Under the pieces are notes generated by a model, which was not told the origin of the DNA, did no database searches, and saw only the letters and a program-made list of their open reading frames with translations. The translations under genes and the position numbers were made by a program. A DNA stretch of 64,000 bases from Gammaproteobacteria bacterium (GTDB lineage Bacteria; Pseudomonadota; Gammaproteobacteria; Xanthomonadales; SZUA-36). Location: assembly GCA_030426265.1 (NCBI GenBank), contig JAUHYP010000013.1:3817-67816 (forward strand). The letters run 5' to 3'. Positions within the stretch are counted from its first letter, which is position 1. Each line of letters starts with the position of its first letter. Shown one piece after another: positions 42,311-54,799 of the stretch.

Positions 42311-44575
42311 ATGAAACACACAGCTATTGCAGTCGCGTTCTTCATTGTTTCTGGTTCGGCCCTCGCACAGGATGTGGATTCCGATTCCGCGGGGGACCGC
42401 GAACTCGATGCCGTGCTCGAAGAGGTCATCGTCACCGCGACGCGGCGTTCCGAACGCCTTCAGGATGTGCCCCTGAGCATTACCGCCTTCTCCCAGGATG
42501 ACCTGACGGAGAAGGGCATTGTTGATTACCAGGGCCTGGCCCACAACACGCCCGGCACGATCATCAACCGGGCGTCCGCGAACTTTAACAACTTCAGCGT
42601 TCGCGGCATTTCCACCAATGGCTACTCCGCCGGTTTGCAGAGTTCCGTCGCGATCTACCTGGATGAACTTCCGATTTCGTCCAACGGCAACTCGACCATC
42701 CTGGATCCGAATCTCTTCGACGTCGAGCGCGTCGAGTTCCTGCGCGGGCCCCAGGGCACCCTGTTCGGCGCCAACTCCCTCGCCGGCGCCGTGCGCATCC
42801 TTTCCAACCACCCGGATCTCGATGAATTCGATGCCGCGGCCTTGGTGGACTTCGGCCTGACGGATGGTGATTCCCTGCGACAGCGCTACAACGGAATGAT
42901 CAACGTACCGCTGGTCGAGAACACCCTCGGATTGCGGATGGTGGGCTTTTACCGGGATGAAGAAGGGTATATCGACAACATCGGTACGGGCATCGACGAC
43001 TCGAACACGCTGGTCGACTGGGGTGGCCGCGTCATGCTGCGCTGGGAACCGACCGAGCGCTTCACGGCGCAGTTGACCTACATGCGCGAGGACAGCGAAC
43101 CCGAGGATTCCTCGCTGGTGGCCCCCCACCTCGGTGACAAGGTGCGCCTGTCGGACCGTCCGGACCTGTTCCAGGCCTACCTGGAGTCGACCAACCTCAC
43201 ACTCGGCTACGAGTTCGACGGCGCGGACCTGACCAGCTCGACGACATGGTCGACCTATGACGGCAAGTTCTACGTCGACCTGGCCGGCAGTTACGGGCAG
43301 CTCTTCCCCTTCGCGCTGGACGCCTTCGGTTATGACGACACCTTCGTCGAGGAAATCCGCCTGGTGTCCGACTCTGGCGGCAAGTTCGAATGGGTGCTCG
43401 GTGGCTACTACCAATCCAAGACTCGTACCGTCGACTACGCCTACCGATCCACCCAGGAATTCCTGGACGCGCGGGGCATCACCGGCCTGCCGGATGAGTA
43501 CTACTCTCGCTACGAGGCCTATTTCGATACGCACGAACTGGCGGGCTTCGCCTCACTCACCTACCATTTCAATGATGACCTCTGGCTTACAGGTGGTGTC
43601 CGCTACACCCAGACCGACGTACAGGGGTTCTTCTACACCGCGCCGGGTGGCTACACGAGCAACTACCTGACCCTGGCCTACTTCGGCCTGTCGGGACCGG
43701 TGACGATTACCCCGCTGGCGTATGCCGAGGGCCTGAAGGTCGAGGAGAGCGGCCCATCCTTCAAGCTCAGCCTGTCGTGGAGTCCGGCGGACAACGTGAC
43801 GACGTACGCCTCGGTGTCCAATGGTTTCCGCACACCGGTCGCAAACGCGCGGGCAGGGCAGCCCAGCGCCCTCGATCCCAACGACATCATCATTCCGGAT
43901 GGGGCGGACTCGGATGAGTTGACAAACTACGAACTGGGCGTGAAAGGCACCTGGCTCGATAACTCGATGACGGCCCACTTCGCCGTGTACTACATCGACT
44001 GGAGCGACATCCAGGTCCAGGCCAACCGCGTGTCCGACACGGTGCAGTTCGCTACCAACATCGGCCAGGCCATCAGCAAGGGCGTCGAGGCCGAGATCAC
44101 CTACGCGCCGGCCCCGGGGTGGCTGCTCGGCTTCAACGGTTCCTACAACAACTCCGAAGTGACCGAGCTGACGCCCGAGGAAGCGGCGATCTCTGGCGCG
44201 GCCGAAGGTGCGCAGCTCGCGTTCCCCGAATGGCAGGGCAACGCCTATGTGCGCTACGACTTCAGCTATGGCGCAAACCGGGGTGGCTTTGTGACGGCCA
44301 ACGCACAGTACGTCGACGGTTATCCCAACATGTTCCCGTACCGGCCGGGCGTTCCGGGCGTTCCCAGCCCCACCTATGATGAGACCGACAGCTATACCAG
44401 CGTCGACATGAGCCTGGGGACCATCCTGAACGAGAACTTCACGGTGACGGCCTACGTCGAGAACGTGTTCGACGACGACTCCTACATCTACGTGCATCCC
44501 GAAGCCTTCATCGAGAGCCGTTACGGGATCCAGCGTCCGCGCACCATTGGCGTCCGCGTCCTGTACCAGTACTAG
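42311..44575 (+). CDS. TonB-dependent outer-membrane receptor
   Basis: Signal peptide MKHTAIAVAFFIVSGSALA, plug start EEVIVTATRRSERLQDVPLSITAF, and a C-terminal aromatic end (VLYQY). Confidence 0.9.
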   Translation: MKHTAIAVAFFIVSGSALAQDVDSDSAGDRELDAVLEEVIVTATRRSERLQDVPLSITAFSQDDLTEKGIVDYQGLAHNTPGTIINRASANFNNFSVRGISTNGYSAGLQSSVAIYLDELPISSNGNSTILDPNLFDVERVEFLRGPQGTLFGANSLAGAVRILSNHPDLDEFDAAALVDFGLTDGDSLRQRYNGMINVPLVENTLGLRMVGFYRDEEGYIDNIGTGIDDSNTLVDWGGRVMLRWEPTERFTAQLTYMREDSEPEDSSLVAPHLGDKVRLSDRPDLFQAYLESTNLTLGYEFDGADLTSSTTWSTYDGKFYVDLAGSYGQLFPFALDAFGYDDTFVEEIRLVSDSGGKFEWVLGGYYQSKTRTVDYAYRSTQEFLDARGITGLPDEYYSRYEAYFDTHELAGFASLTYHFNDDLWLTGGVRYTQTDVQGFFYTAPGGYTSNYLTLAYFGLSGPVTITPLAYAEGLKVEESGPSFKLSLSWSPADNVTTYASVSNGFRTPVANARAGQPSALDPNDIIIPDGADSDELTNYELGVKGTWLDNSMTAHFAVYYIDWSDIQVQANRVSDTVQFATNIGQAISKGVEAEITYAPAPGWLLGFNGSYNNSEVTELTPEEAAISGAAEGAQLAFPEWQGNAYVRYDFSYGANRGGFVTANAQYVDGYPNMFPYRPGVPGVPSPTYDETDSYTSVDMSLGTILNENFTVTAYVENVFDDDSYIYVHPEAFIESRYGIQRPRTIGVRVLYQY

Positions 44576-44600
44576 TACCTGTCACAAGCTCGTTCGTGGC

Positions 44601-44631
44601 GAACACGGCCGGCATGACGCCGGCCGTGTTC
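44601..44631. terminator. GC-rich hairpin between convergent genes (candidate bidirectional terminator)
   Basis: Perfect 13-bp stem GAACACGGCCGGC / GCCGGCCGTGTTC with loop ATGAC. Only a weak T-tract (GTTT) follows. Confidence 0.45.
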
Positions 44632-44641
44632 GTTTCGGGGC

Positions 44642-45412
44642 TCAGTACAGGCGGGTCGTGCTTCCACCGTCGATGGCCAGCACCGCGCCATTCACGTAAC
44701 TCGCCTGTTCCGAACACAGCCACACAATAGCGTTCGCCGTCTCCTGCGCCGCACCCAGGCGGTTCATGGCGGAGTGGCGGGTGACCAGGGTGCCGTAGAT
44801 ATCACCCCCGGGCCGGTCCGGATCCACCATTTCGGTTTGCGTGAATCCGGGGGCGACGGCATTGATCCGCAACCCGGTCTGGCCGTAGTCTACCGCCGCG
44901 GATTGCGTCAGCCCGATCACCCCGAACTTGCTGGTGGCATAGACCGCGTTGCCGATGTCGGCGGGTTTGTACCCGTAGATCGATGCGACATTGACGATGG
45001 CGCCATCCCCGTGGGCCAGTATGGCGGGAATCTGGTATTTCATGCACAACCAGACGCCTTTGAGGTTGACGCCCATGACCTTGTCCCAGCCCGCTTCGGT
45101 GACCTCCGCCACCGGAATGGCGCTGGGTCCGACGATGCCGGCATTGTTGACGGCGCAGTCCAGGCGGCCGAAGCGTTGCACCGCGGCTTCGACCATCGCT
45201 TCGACATCTTCCGCCCGACTCACGTCGGCCTGGACGTGGAATCCCTCCGACCCGGCGGCTTCGATGCGCTCGACGACCCGTGCGCAGTGATCGGCACGGC
45301 GGGCCGCAATCACGACCCGGGCGCCTTCCTCCGCACACTTCAACGCGGTGGCCTCGCCGAGACCCGAACTTGCACCAGTCACCAGGGCGACTTTGCCGTC
45401 AAGCATCCCCAT
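44642..45412 (-). CDS. SDR-family oxidoreductase
   Basis: TGASSGLG, NNAGI and YATSK (Y-x3-K). The start is chosen at ATG 45412, 9 nt after GGAGG. It overlaps the 3' end of the upstream SDR gene. Confidence 0.85.
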   Translation of the reverse strand: MGMLDGKVALVTGASSGLGEATALKCAEEGARVVIAARRADHCARVVERIEAAGSEGFHVQADVSRAEDVEAMVEAAVQRFGRLDCAVNNAGIVGPSAIPVAEVTEAGWDKVMGVNLKGVWLCMKYQIPAILAHGDGAIVNVASIYGYKPADIGNAVYATSKFGVIGLTQSAAVDYGQTGLRINAVAPGFTQTEMVDPDRPGGDIYGTLVTRHSAMNRLGAAQETANAIVWLCSEQASYVNGAVLAIDGGSTTRLY

Positions 45413-46325
45413 TTGCGTCATCCTCCACGTATCCGGCCTTGGCCAGTTCCAGGCGCGCCTGTTCCCAGCCCTGCGCCGGTACAATCTCGCCCTGGCGGTC
45501 GGCGAGTTCGTCCCATCGAAGGAGCAGTGATTCCGCCGTGGCGGCTTCCCCGGCCAGGTGAATGCCTTGCGTCAGGGTGATGTGCGCCATCTCAAAGCTC
45601 CCGGCGCCGGCACAGACGATGGCCCGCGTCGGGGCCTCGTCGGAGACCAGGGCCAACACCGCGGGGCTGACCCGCTCGGGCTGCAGCAGGTCCAGCTGGT
45701 CGGCAGGAAACAGACCTTCGAGCATCTGCGTGGACGCCGTGGGGGCGATGCAGTTCACGCGTATGTCGTACTTTGCGCCTTCGAGCGCCAGGGTCTGCAT
45801 GAGGCCAACCAGCGCGAGCTTGGCCGCAGCATAGTTCGACTGGCCGAAGTTGCCGTACAGCCCGGAAGAAGAGGTTGTCATGACAATACGCCCGTAGTTC
45901 TGATCGCGCATTGTGTTCCAGACCGCCCGGGTGCAGTACACCGAGCCCATCAGGTGTACATCCATCACCAGGCGGAAGTCGTCCAGGTCCATTTTCGCGA
46001 AGCTCTTGTCGCGCAGGATGCCGGCGTTGTTGACCAGCAGGTCGACGCGGTCCCAGGCGGCGAGCGTGTCATCCACCATCTGCTGCACGAATGCGGGGTC
46101 TGATACTGAACCGACGGCGGCCCGCGCTTCGCCGCCTGCTTCCCGGATCTCTCGGCAAACGGTTTCAGCGCCTTCACCGAGGTCGTTGACCAGGACTCGG
46201 GCGCCCCGTCGCGCCAGCAATTGTGCGTGTGCCTTTCCGAGGCCGCTGCCGGCGCCGGTCACGATGGCCACTCGGCCTGTCAGATCAATCACTGTTCGGT
46301 TCCTCTCCCAGGGTGGGTTCGACAT
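45399..46325 (-). CDS. SDR-family oxidoreductase (hydroxyacyl-CoA-dehydrogenase-like)
   Basis: TGAGSGLG, NNAGI and YAAAK. It resembles the dehydrogenase module of multifunctional beta-oxidation enzymes. Confidence 0.85.
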   Translation of the reverse strand: MSNPPWERNRTVIDLTGRVAIVTGAGSGLGKAHAQLLARRGARVLVNDLGEGAETVCREIREAGGEARAAVGSVSDPAFVQQMVDDTLAAWDRVDLLVNNAGILRDKSFAKMDLDDFRLVMDVHLMGSVYCTRAVWNTMRDQNYGRIVMTTSSSGLYGNFGQSNYAAAKLALVGLMQTLALEGAKYDIRVNCIAPTASTQMLEGLFPADQLDLLQPERVSPAVLALVSDEAPTRAIVCAGAGSFEMAHITLTQGIHLAGEAATAESLLLRWDELADRQGEIVPAQGWEQARLELAKAGYVEDDANGDA

Positions 46326-46489
46326 GGGCCGGGATGACGGCCGGAATTTGCATCACGCCGCTAGATTAACTCATGGTAGAATGAATGTTTAGGTGCAGGC
46401 CGCCGCCGTGCATCGGTTTCCGCTGGATGGTCGACCCTGGCCCGTCGCGGAGATGAAGGTCAATAGGGGGATCAGGGAAGCGTTCGTTC

Positions 46490-48127
46490 ATGCAGTCCTA
46501 CACTCTGACAATCGACAAGTTCCTGGACCATGCCGCCAAGTGGTCGGGTGCTCGCCAGGTGGTGACCGCCCGCGAGGGGCTCGAGCCCCGGCGCATCGAT
46601 TACCAGGCGGTCCGGGAACGCAGCAATCACCTGTCGGGAGCTCTGAGGGCCATCGGCCTCGCGCCGGGTGACCGGGTCGCGACCCTGGCGTGGAACACCC
46701 AGCACCACTTCGAGATGTATTTCGCCATCATGGGCGCGGGGTACGTCTGTCACACGCTCAATCCCCGGATCACGGTGGCGCAACTGGCCGCGATCGTCAA
46801 CGAAGCGCAAGACCGCGTGCTGGCGGTCTCCGCTGACCAGGCGCCGTATTGCGAAGAACTGCTGCCCCTGTGCCCGACCGTAGAACACGTCGTGGTCATG
46901 GATGGTGTGCTCGCGGGCCGATCTCCGGGCGATACGGCGCTCGGGGTTCGCTGGTGGACCCACGAGTGGCTGATCGAGGAACTCGGGGCACCCGTCACCT
47001 GGGGCGAATTCGACGAGGAAACGCCGGCGGGCCTGTGCTACACGTCCGGCACAACCGGGTGCCCGAAGGGCGTGATGTACACCCATCGCTCGAACTACCT
47101 GCACACGCTGCGCGCCCTGCAGGCCGACTCCATGGCCGTCACGGGCAGCGACGTGTTGCTGATCGCGGTGCCCATGTTCCACGCCAATGCCTGGGGATTG
47201 CCCTTCGCCGCGCCGGCCGTCGGTGCGGGAATGGTTCTGCCCGGCCGTCACACGGATGGCCCGGGCCTGGCGAAGCTGATGCGGGAAGAGCGGGTCACGC
47301 TCGCCGTGGGTGTCCACACGGTCTGGCTGGGCGTTGTCGAACACCTCGATGCCATTGGCGGAGAGTTGCCGGACCTGAAACGCGTACTGATCGGCGGTTC
47401 GAAGTGCCCCGCCGCCCTGATCCGGCGCCTGGAGTCGCGCCTCGGCGTGACAGTCCAGACCAGCTGGGGCATGACGGAACTCTCGCCCCTGGGCACCATC
47501 GCCGCGCCGGACGCGCCGCCGTCGGATTCCTGGGCCTCCGGCCGGCCACCCCTGGGCCTCGACCTCAAGCTCACCGACGCGGAGGGAAACACGCTAGAGA
47601 CCCAGCGGGGCGTCGTCGGTCATCTCAAGGTCAAGGGCGCCAGCGTCATCGATCGCTACTATGGCGCCGAAACGACCGCGATGGACGAAGAAGGGTACTT
47701 CGACACGGGTGACCTGGCCCTGATCGACGAGGCCGGCAACATGTCCATCAGCGGGCGCTCAAAGGACCTGATCAAGTCCGGCGGGGAATGGATCAATCCC
47801 GCGGAAATCGAGGACATCGTGGGCCATCACCCGACTGTCGGGCAGGTCGCCGTCATCGGTCGGCCGGACGACAAGTGGGGAGAGCGGCCCGTGCTCGTGG
47901 TCGAACCCTCCGCTGGCGAATCCCTCGACCCGGCGTCACTGCTCGAATCCCTTCGCGGCAAGGTCGCGAAGTTCTGGATTCCGGACCAGGTCGTCGAAGT
48001 GCGATCCATGCCGTTGGCGGCGACCGGTAAAATCGACAAGAATCGCCTCAGGGCTGAACTGTCACGGGCGTATTCCGATGATGAACACACTCTGGTTGAC
48101 TTCAACGAAATCACCTATTTAGACTGA
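46490..48127 (+). CDS. acyl-CoA synthetase (AMP-forming fatty-acid--CoA ligase family)
   Basis: AMP-binding motif YTSGTTGCPKGV, plus WGMTE and SKDLIKSGGEWINPAEIE. Confidence 0.9.
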   Translation: MQSYTLTIDKFLDHAAKWSGARQVVTAREGLEPRRIDYQAVRERSNHLSGALRAIGLAPGDRVATLAWNTQHHFEMYFAIMGAGYVCHTLNPRITVAQLAAIVNEAQDRVLAVSADQAPYCEELLPLCPTVEHVVVMDGVLAGRSPGDTALGVRWWTHEWLIEELGAPVTWGEFDEETPAGLCYTSGTTGCPKGVMYTHRSNYLHTLRALQADSMAVTGSDVLLIAVPMFHANAWGLPFAAPAVGAGMVLPGRHTDGPGLAKLMREERVTLAVGVHTVWLGVVEHLDAIGGELPDLKRVLIGGSKCPAALIRRLESRLGVTVQTSWGMTELSPLGTIAAPDAPPSDSWASGRPPLGLDLKLTDAEGNTLETQRGVVGHLKVKGASVIDRYYGAETTAMDEEGYFDTGDLALIDEAGNMSISGRSKDLIKSGGEWINPAEIEDIVGHHPTVGQVAVIGRPDDKWGERPVLVVEPSAGESLDPASLLESLRGKVAKFWIPDQVVEVRSMPLAATGKIDKNRLRAELSRAYSDDEHTLVDFNEITYLD

Positions 48128-48161
48128 CGGGTTCGGTTTCCCCGCGAAGGCTGGCGGCAGT

Positions 48162-48845
48162 TTGGCACAATCGTCCACAAAAAAGCGTCCGCGCAAGAGC
48201 AAGGCGGAACAACGCGCGCAGAGCATCGAGCAGATCCTCGATGCGGCCGAATTCCTGTTTTCGCAGAATGGCCTGCATGGCGTGACACTGCGGGACGTGG
48301 CCAAGCGCGTCGGCATTCACACGACGCTCGTCCATTACTATTTCAACGACAAGCAGCACCTGTTCGAGGAAGTCTTCGCCAGGCGGGCGGGCATTACCAG
48401 TGGTCGCCGGATGGCGGCGTTGGAGGAATACGAGGCACTGGTGGGCGACGCACCCACCGTGGAAGGTGCGCTGCATGCCTTTCTCGACACCGACCTCGAC
48501 CTTTACTACGAGGGTGGTGAGCCCTGGATGAACTACGCCGCGTTCTGCGCCCGGGTCAGCAACACGCCCGAAGGCGCCGAGCTGATGGACCTGCACTTCG
48601 ACCCCGTCGTGCTGAAACTGGTCGAGATTCTCAGGCGCGCACTACCCAACCATTCGGACGAAGACATCTTCTGGGGTTACCACTTCGTCACGGGCGCCTT
48701 CATGAACACCCTGGCGCGGACGGGGCGCATCGATCGCCTGTCCGACGGCATCTGCCACTCCGACGACTTTCCCGAGGTCAAGAAGCGCATCGCACGGTTC
48801 ATGGCCGCGGGGTTTCGCGCCGTCATCGAACCGGAAACGCAGTAA
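48162..48845 (+). CDS. TetR/AcrR-family transcriptional regulator
   Basis: N-terminal HTH is LFSQNGLHGVTLRDVAKRVGIHTTLVHYYFNDKQHLF. A TTG start is the only start codon ahead of the HTH. Confidence 0.8.
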   Translation: MAQSSTKKRPRKSKAEQRAQSIEQILDAAEFLFSQNGLHGVTLRDVAKRVGIHTTLVHYYFNDKQHLFEEVFARRAGITSGRRMAALEEYEALVGDAPTVEGALHAFLDTDLDLYYEGGEPWMNYAAFCARVSNTPEGAELMDLHFDPVVLKLVEILRRALPNHSDEDIFWGYHFVTGAFMNTLARTGRIDRLSDGICHSDDFPEVKKRIARFMAAGFRAVIEPETQ

Positions 48846-48849
48846 CGAA

Positions 48850-48899
48850 GCCGGGACAGCGATCGCGTCCCGGCCCTCCCGGTCGCCTCGTCGGCGACC
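48850..48899. terminator. two GC-rich hairpins between convergent genes
   Basis: GCCGGGAC-N9-GTCCCGGC (48850-48874) and GGTCGCC-N5-GGCGACC (48881-48899). No U-tracts are present. Confidence 0.4.
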
Positions 48900-48900
48900 C

Positions 48901-50586
48901 TCAGCGGCAGACCGTGTCGTCGTCGACCGCGAGCGGTGGTGAAATCAGGCCCGTGTTCCAGTGCCAGGGCCAGGTGCCGCTGGCCTGTCGACGGCACACC
49001 GTCGTTTCGTGCAGTTCATACATCCCGGGCATCAGGTCCGTGGCGGGCTCTGGCGTTTCACCCAGCAACAGGTAGGCACCGGCATCGTCGTCGCCATAGG
49101 CGGGCCAATCGGCCTGGTTCGCGGCCGTGGGACGGCCATCGCGCGTGAAGCTGCTCCAGTAGCCGACCAGGGCATCGGAAAAGGCCACCTCGTCGTCGGT
49201 GTCGGGAATGACCGGCCAGCTCGGCGGCGTGCGGTCGAGGTTCCCCCAGGTGTAGGGCAGTTCGCTGGCGTGGAAGGCATGCAGGCCGGCTTCGTCCGCG
49301 GCCGGGTAGCCGTGGTCGAACAGGTAGAGATACGCCGGCTGCCCCAGCGCGGTCTGGTTCCGTGCCAGGCGTTCCGCCGTCCAGCCGTACAGCGCGTCCC
49401 GCGTGGTCGCGTAGATGCTTTCCTGCAGCTCGTCACTGGGGTAGAGCGCCAGGAACGCGTCGGCGAGGTCGGCGTAACGATCACGAATGACCGCCTCGTA
49501 GGCCTCCGCGCTGGCGGGAGCGGATGGGGCGAGAATGGGCATGGAACGGATTTCACCGCTGTTGAAACCGGCCAGGATGGGGACGGCCGCCTGCTCGCCC
49601 CGGTCGAACACGTTCACCAGTTGGTCCGTCAGAACGACGCCGTCCACCGTGCCCATCGCCAGGTAACGGTTGACGGCGGCGCCGTCTGTCAGCGCTTGTG
49701 CATCGAGCGCCCGCAAGGCAGCGAGATCCGGGGCGTTCAGGGCCGCGCCCAGGCCGACGCCCGTCGCTTCGGCCGTCGGGTAGCCGTGGCGGGCCTCGGC
49801 CAGGGTGGGCATGGACACCATGTAGGCGCTCTGCATGATGGCCCCGGAGAAGAGACCTCGCGCTTCCGGCGAGGCCAGCAGGTACATGACACTCAGGGCG
49901 CCGGCGGACTCACCCGCGATGGTCACCCTCGATGCGTCACCGCCGAAGGCGGCGATGTTCGCCTGGACCCAGCGCAGGGCTTCGATCTGGTCCAGCAGGC
50001 CGTAGTTGCCCGAAATGCCACGCGGTGATTCGGCGCTGAGTTCGGGATGGGCCAGGTAGCCGAGCACGCCGAGCCGGTAGTTGATCGAAACCACGACCAG
50101 GCCGCGACGGGCCAGTTCACTGCCGTCGTACAGGGTTTCCTTGCTCGAGCCGTGGATCAGGGCACCGCCGTGAATCCAGAAGTACACAGGGGCATCGCTC
50201 GCGTCGGCCGGCGCCCACACATTCACGGTCAGACAGTCTTCGCTGTGCGGCGTGATGTCCGAAGCGTAGATCGAGGCGACGACCCGCGTGGGCGCGATGC
50301 AGGAGGGTCCGAAGCTCGTCGCCTGGAGGACGCCGTCCCAGTCGGGCACTGGTTTGGGTGGCGTCCAACGCGCCGCGCCCTCGGGGCTCGCGGCATACGG
50401 GATTCCCTTGAACACATGGACCGAGTCCTCCGCGACACCCTGTACCGAACCGGCCGTCGTTGCCACGACGAGTCCGTCGGCCCCGGCGTTCGCAGGCACC
50501 GATGTGACCGAATGGCAGGCGGCAACGAGCAAGGTGGCGCAGGTCGCCATGGCGCTGATGGCGATGAGTCGATTCATTGGGGTCAC
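48901..50586 (-). CDS. type-B carboxylesterase/lipase, secreted (paralogue of 37131-38801)
   Basis: Signal/lipoprotein-like N-terminus (LLVAAC), then FKGIPYAASP, EDCLTVNVW and GESAGA. Confidence 0.85.
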   Translation of the reverse strand: MTPMNRLIAISAMATCATLLVAACHSVTSVPANAGADGLVVATTAGSVQGVAEDSVHVFKGIPYAASPEGAARWTPPKPVPDWDGVLQATSFGPSCIAPTRVVASIYASDITPHSEDCLTVNVWAPADASDAPVYFWIHGGALIHGSSKETLYDGSELARRGLVVVSINYRLGVLGYLAHPELSAESPRGISGNYGLLDQIEALRWVQANIAAFGGDASRVTIAGESAGALSVMYLLASPEARGLFSGAIMQSAYMVSMPTLAEARHGYPTAEATGVGLGAALNAPDLAALRALDAQALTDGAAVNRYLAMGTVDGVVLTDQLVNVFDRGEQAAVPILAGFNSGEIRSMPILAPSAPASAEAYEAVIRDRYADLADAFLALYPSDELQESIYATTRDALYGWTAERLARNQTALGQPAYLYLFDHGYPAADEAGLHAFHASELPYTWGNLDRTPPSWPVIPDTDDEVAFSDALVGYWSSFTRDGRPTAANQADWPAYGDDDAGAYLLLGETPEPATDLMPGMYELHETTVCRRQASGTWPWHWNTGLISPPLAVDDDTVCR

Positions 50587-50852
50587 GGAGTGGTTCCTCC
50601 CGTTTGTGATGGGTCCCTGCGTGCGAATTCCTTTCGCGAAACGATCCTTGAGCCCTGGCAGGGAAGTTGGGTCCCATGATGCAGCCAGGCCACGGCCTGG
50701 TCAATATTCACTAACACGTGTATTAAGATATGATCCACTGTCCCGGCCGGGTATGTTCCACTGCGTGACGCCATCCCATGGCGCCGCTGGAAATCCCGGA
50801 ACGGGCCAGGACCAGGCTCGAACTTTGACGACAGAATTTCCTTGGATTCAAC

Positions 50853-52649
50853 ATGACACGATACCGTGCACCCCTGCTTGACCTGAAGTTTCTCCTCAAT
50901 GACGTGCTCGACCTCGATGCGCGACTGCGTGAACTGGGCCGCGACGACATCAGCCCGGAGTTCATCGAGACGGTGCTCGAAGAAGGGGCCCGGTTCGCCC
51001 AGGACCGTTTCGCGCCATTGAATCGCCCCGGTGACGAAATCGGGGTCACCTGGGACGATGGCGAGGTCACCACGCCTCCGGGATTCCGCGAGGCCTACCA
51101 GGCGTATTGCGACAACGGCTGGTCCTCAATGAGCGCCCCGCCCGAGTTCGGCGGGCAGGGCCTGCCCGTCAGCCTCGCCGGCCCGTTCCACGAGATGGTG
51201 GCGGCCGGCAACCTGTCACTGCGTTGCTACCTGAGCCTCACCGAGGGCGCGGTGGCCGCCATCGCCGCGCATGCGGACGATTCGCTGAAGCAGACCTACC
51301 TTGAAAAGATGGTCGCCGGCCACTGGTCCGGCACCATGTGCCTGACCGAGCCGCATGCCGGAACCGACCTGGGCATGCTTCGCACCCGGGCCGAGCGCGC
51401 CGGCGACGGCAGCTACCGCATCACCGGCAACAAGATCTTCATCACCAGTGGCGAGCACGACCTGAGCGAGAACATCATTCACCTGGTGCTGGCCAAGTTG
51501 CCCGACGGCCCCGCGGGCGCCCGTGGCATCAGCCTGTTCCTGGTGCCCAAGTTCCTGCCGGACACCGATGGCGGGCCCGGCGAACGCAACGGTGTGCGCT
51601 GCGAATCGGTGGAACACAAGATGGGCATGCGCGCGTCGGCCACGGCTGCACTGAACTTCGACGGGGCCACTGGCTGGATCGTCGGGCCCGAACACCAGGG
51701 CCTCGCCTGCATGTTCACCATGATGAACGGCGCCCGGTACGACGTGGGGATGCAATCCCTGGGCCTTGCGCAACAGGCGTTCCAGCACGCGGTGAGCTAC
51801 GCGAACGAGCGCCTGCAGTCACGTTCGCTGTCCGGCGCGAAGGTCCCCGACCAGCCGGCGGACCCCATCATGGTCCACCCTGACGTCCGTCGGATGTTGC
51901 TGACCCAGAAGGCTCTGGTCGAGGGCGGCCGCTGGCTGGCTGCCCGTGCCTCCCTGCTGATCGATGCAGAGCGCCTGCTCCCGGACGGCGCCGAGCGCGA
52001 ACGGGCGGCGCGCCTGCTGGCGCTCCACACCCCCATCGTCAAGGCCTTCCTGTCCGACATGGCGCTGGAAGTGACGTCCCTGGCCATCCAGGTTCATGGT
52101 GGCCACGGCTATATCCGTGAGACCGGCGTCGAGCAGTTCTACCGCGATGCCCGCATCCTCGCCATCTGGGAAGGCACCAATGGTGTGCAGGCCCAGGACC
52201 TGGTGCGACGCAAGCTGCTCGGCGACGGCGGTGAGGCCTTTGATGCACTGATCGAGCGCCTGCGTGTCGAGGCCGACGAATCGTCCGGGGCCGCTGAGCT
52301 CGCGGACTTCCGGTCGACGACCCTCGGCCTGCTGGCCGAATGGTCGGCACTCGGCCGTGAGGTCATGGAGGCCGCGGCGCGTGATCCTGAAGAAATCGGT
52401 GCCACCGCCCATGATTTTCTTCATTACAGCGCGCTGGTGCTACTGGCCAACGGTTGGTTGCAGATGGCCGCGGCCGCGACACGACGTCTTGCGGAAGGCA
52501 AGGACCGCGACTTCTGCGAATCCAAGCTCGCAGCGGCCGGGTTCTTCTTCGATCGCCTCCTGCCCCGGGCCGCGGCGCACCGTGCGGCGCTCGTCTCGGG
52601 TGCGTCAAACCTGATGAAACCGACGCCTGAACAGTTCCTGTTCACCTGA
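50853..52649 (+). CDS. long (FadE-type) acyl-CoA dehydrogenase
   Basis: 598 aa. ACAD core strings are LTEPHAGTDLG and YANERLQ, with a C-terminal extension typical of long ACADs. Confidence 0.9.
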   Translation: MTRYRAPLLDLKFLLNDVLDLDARLRELGRDDISPEFIETVLEEGARFAQDRFAPLNRPGDEIGVTWDDGEVTTPPGFREAYQAYCDNGWSSMSAPPEFGGQGLPVSLAGPFHEMVAAGNLSLRCYLSLTEGAVAAIAAHADDSLKQTYLEKMVAGHWSGTMCLTEPHAGTDLGMLRTRAERAGDGSYRITGNKIFITSGEHDLSENIIHLVLAKLPDGPAGARGISLFLVPKFLPDTDGGPGERNGVRCESVEHKMGMRASATAALNFDGATGWIVGPEHQGLACMFTMMNGARYDVGMQSLGLAQQAFQHAVSYANERLQSRSLSGAKVPDQPADPIMVHPDVRRMLLTQKALVEGGRWLAARASLLIDAERLLPDGAERERAARLLALHTPIVKAFLSDMALEVTSLAIQVHGGHGYIRETGVEQFYRDARILAIWEGTNGVQAQDLVRRKLLGDGGEAFDALIERLRVEADESSGAAELADFRSTTLGLLAEWSALGREVMEAAARDPEEIGATAHDFLHYSALVLLANGWLQMAAAATRRLAEGKDRDFCESKLAAAGFFFDRLLPRAAAHRAALVSGASNLMKPTPEQFLFT

Positions 52650-52681
52650 GACAGCGTCCCCGGAACCGGAGCCCCAGATTC

Positions 52682-54795
<2,114 letters not shown>

Positions 54796-54799
<4 letters not shown>
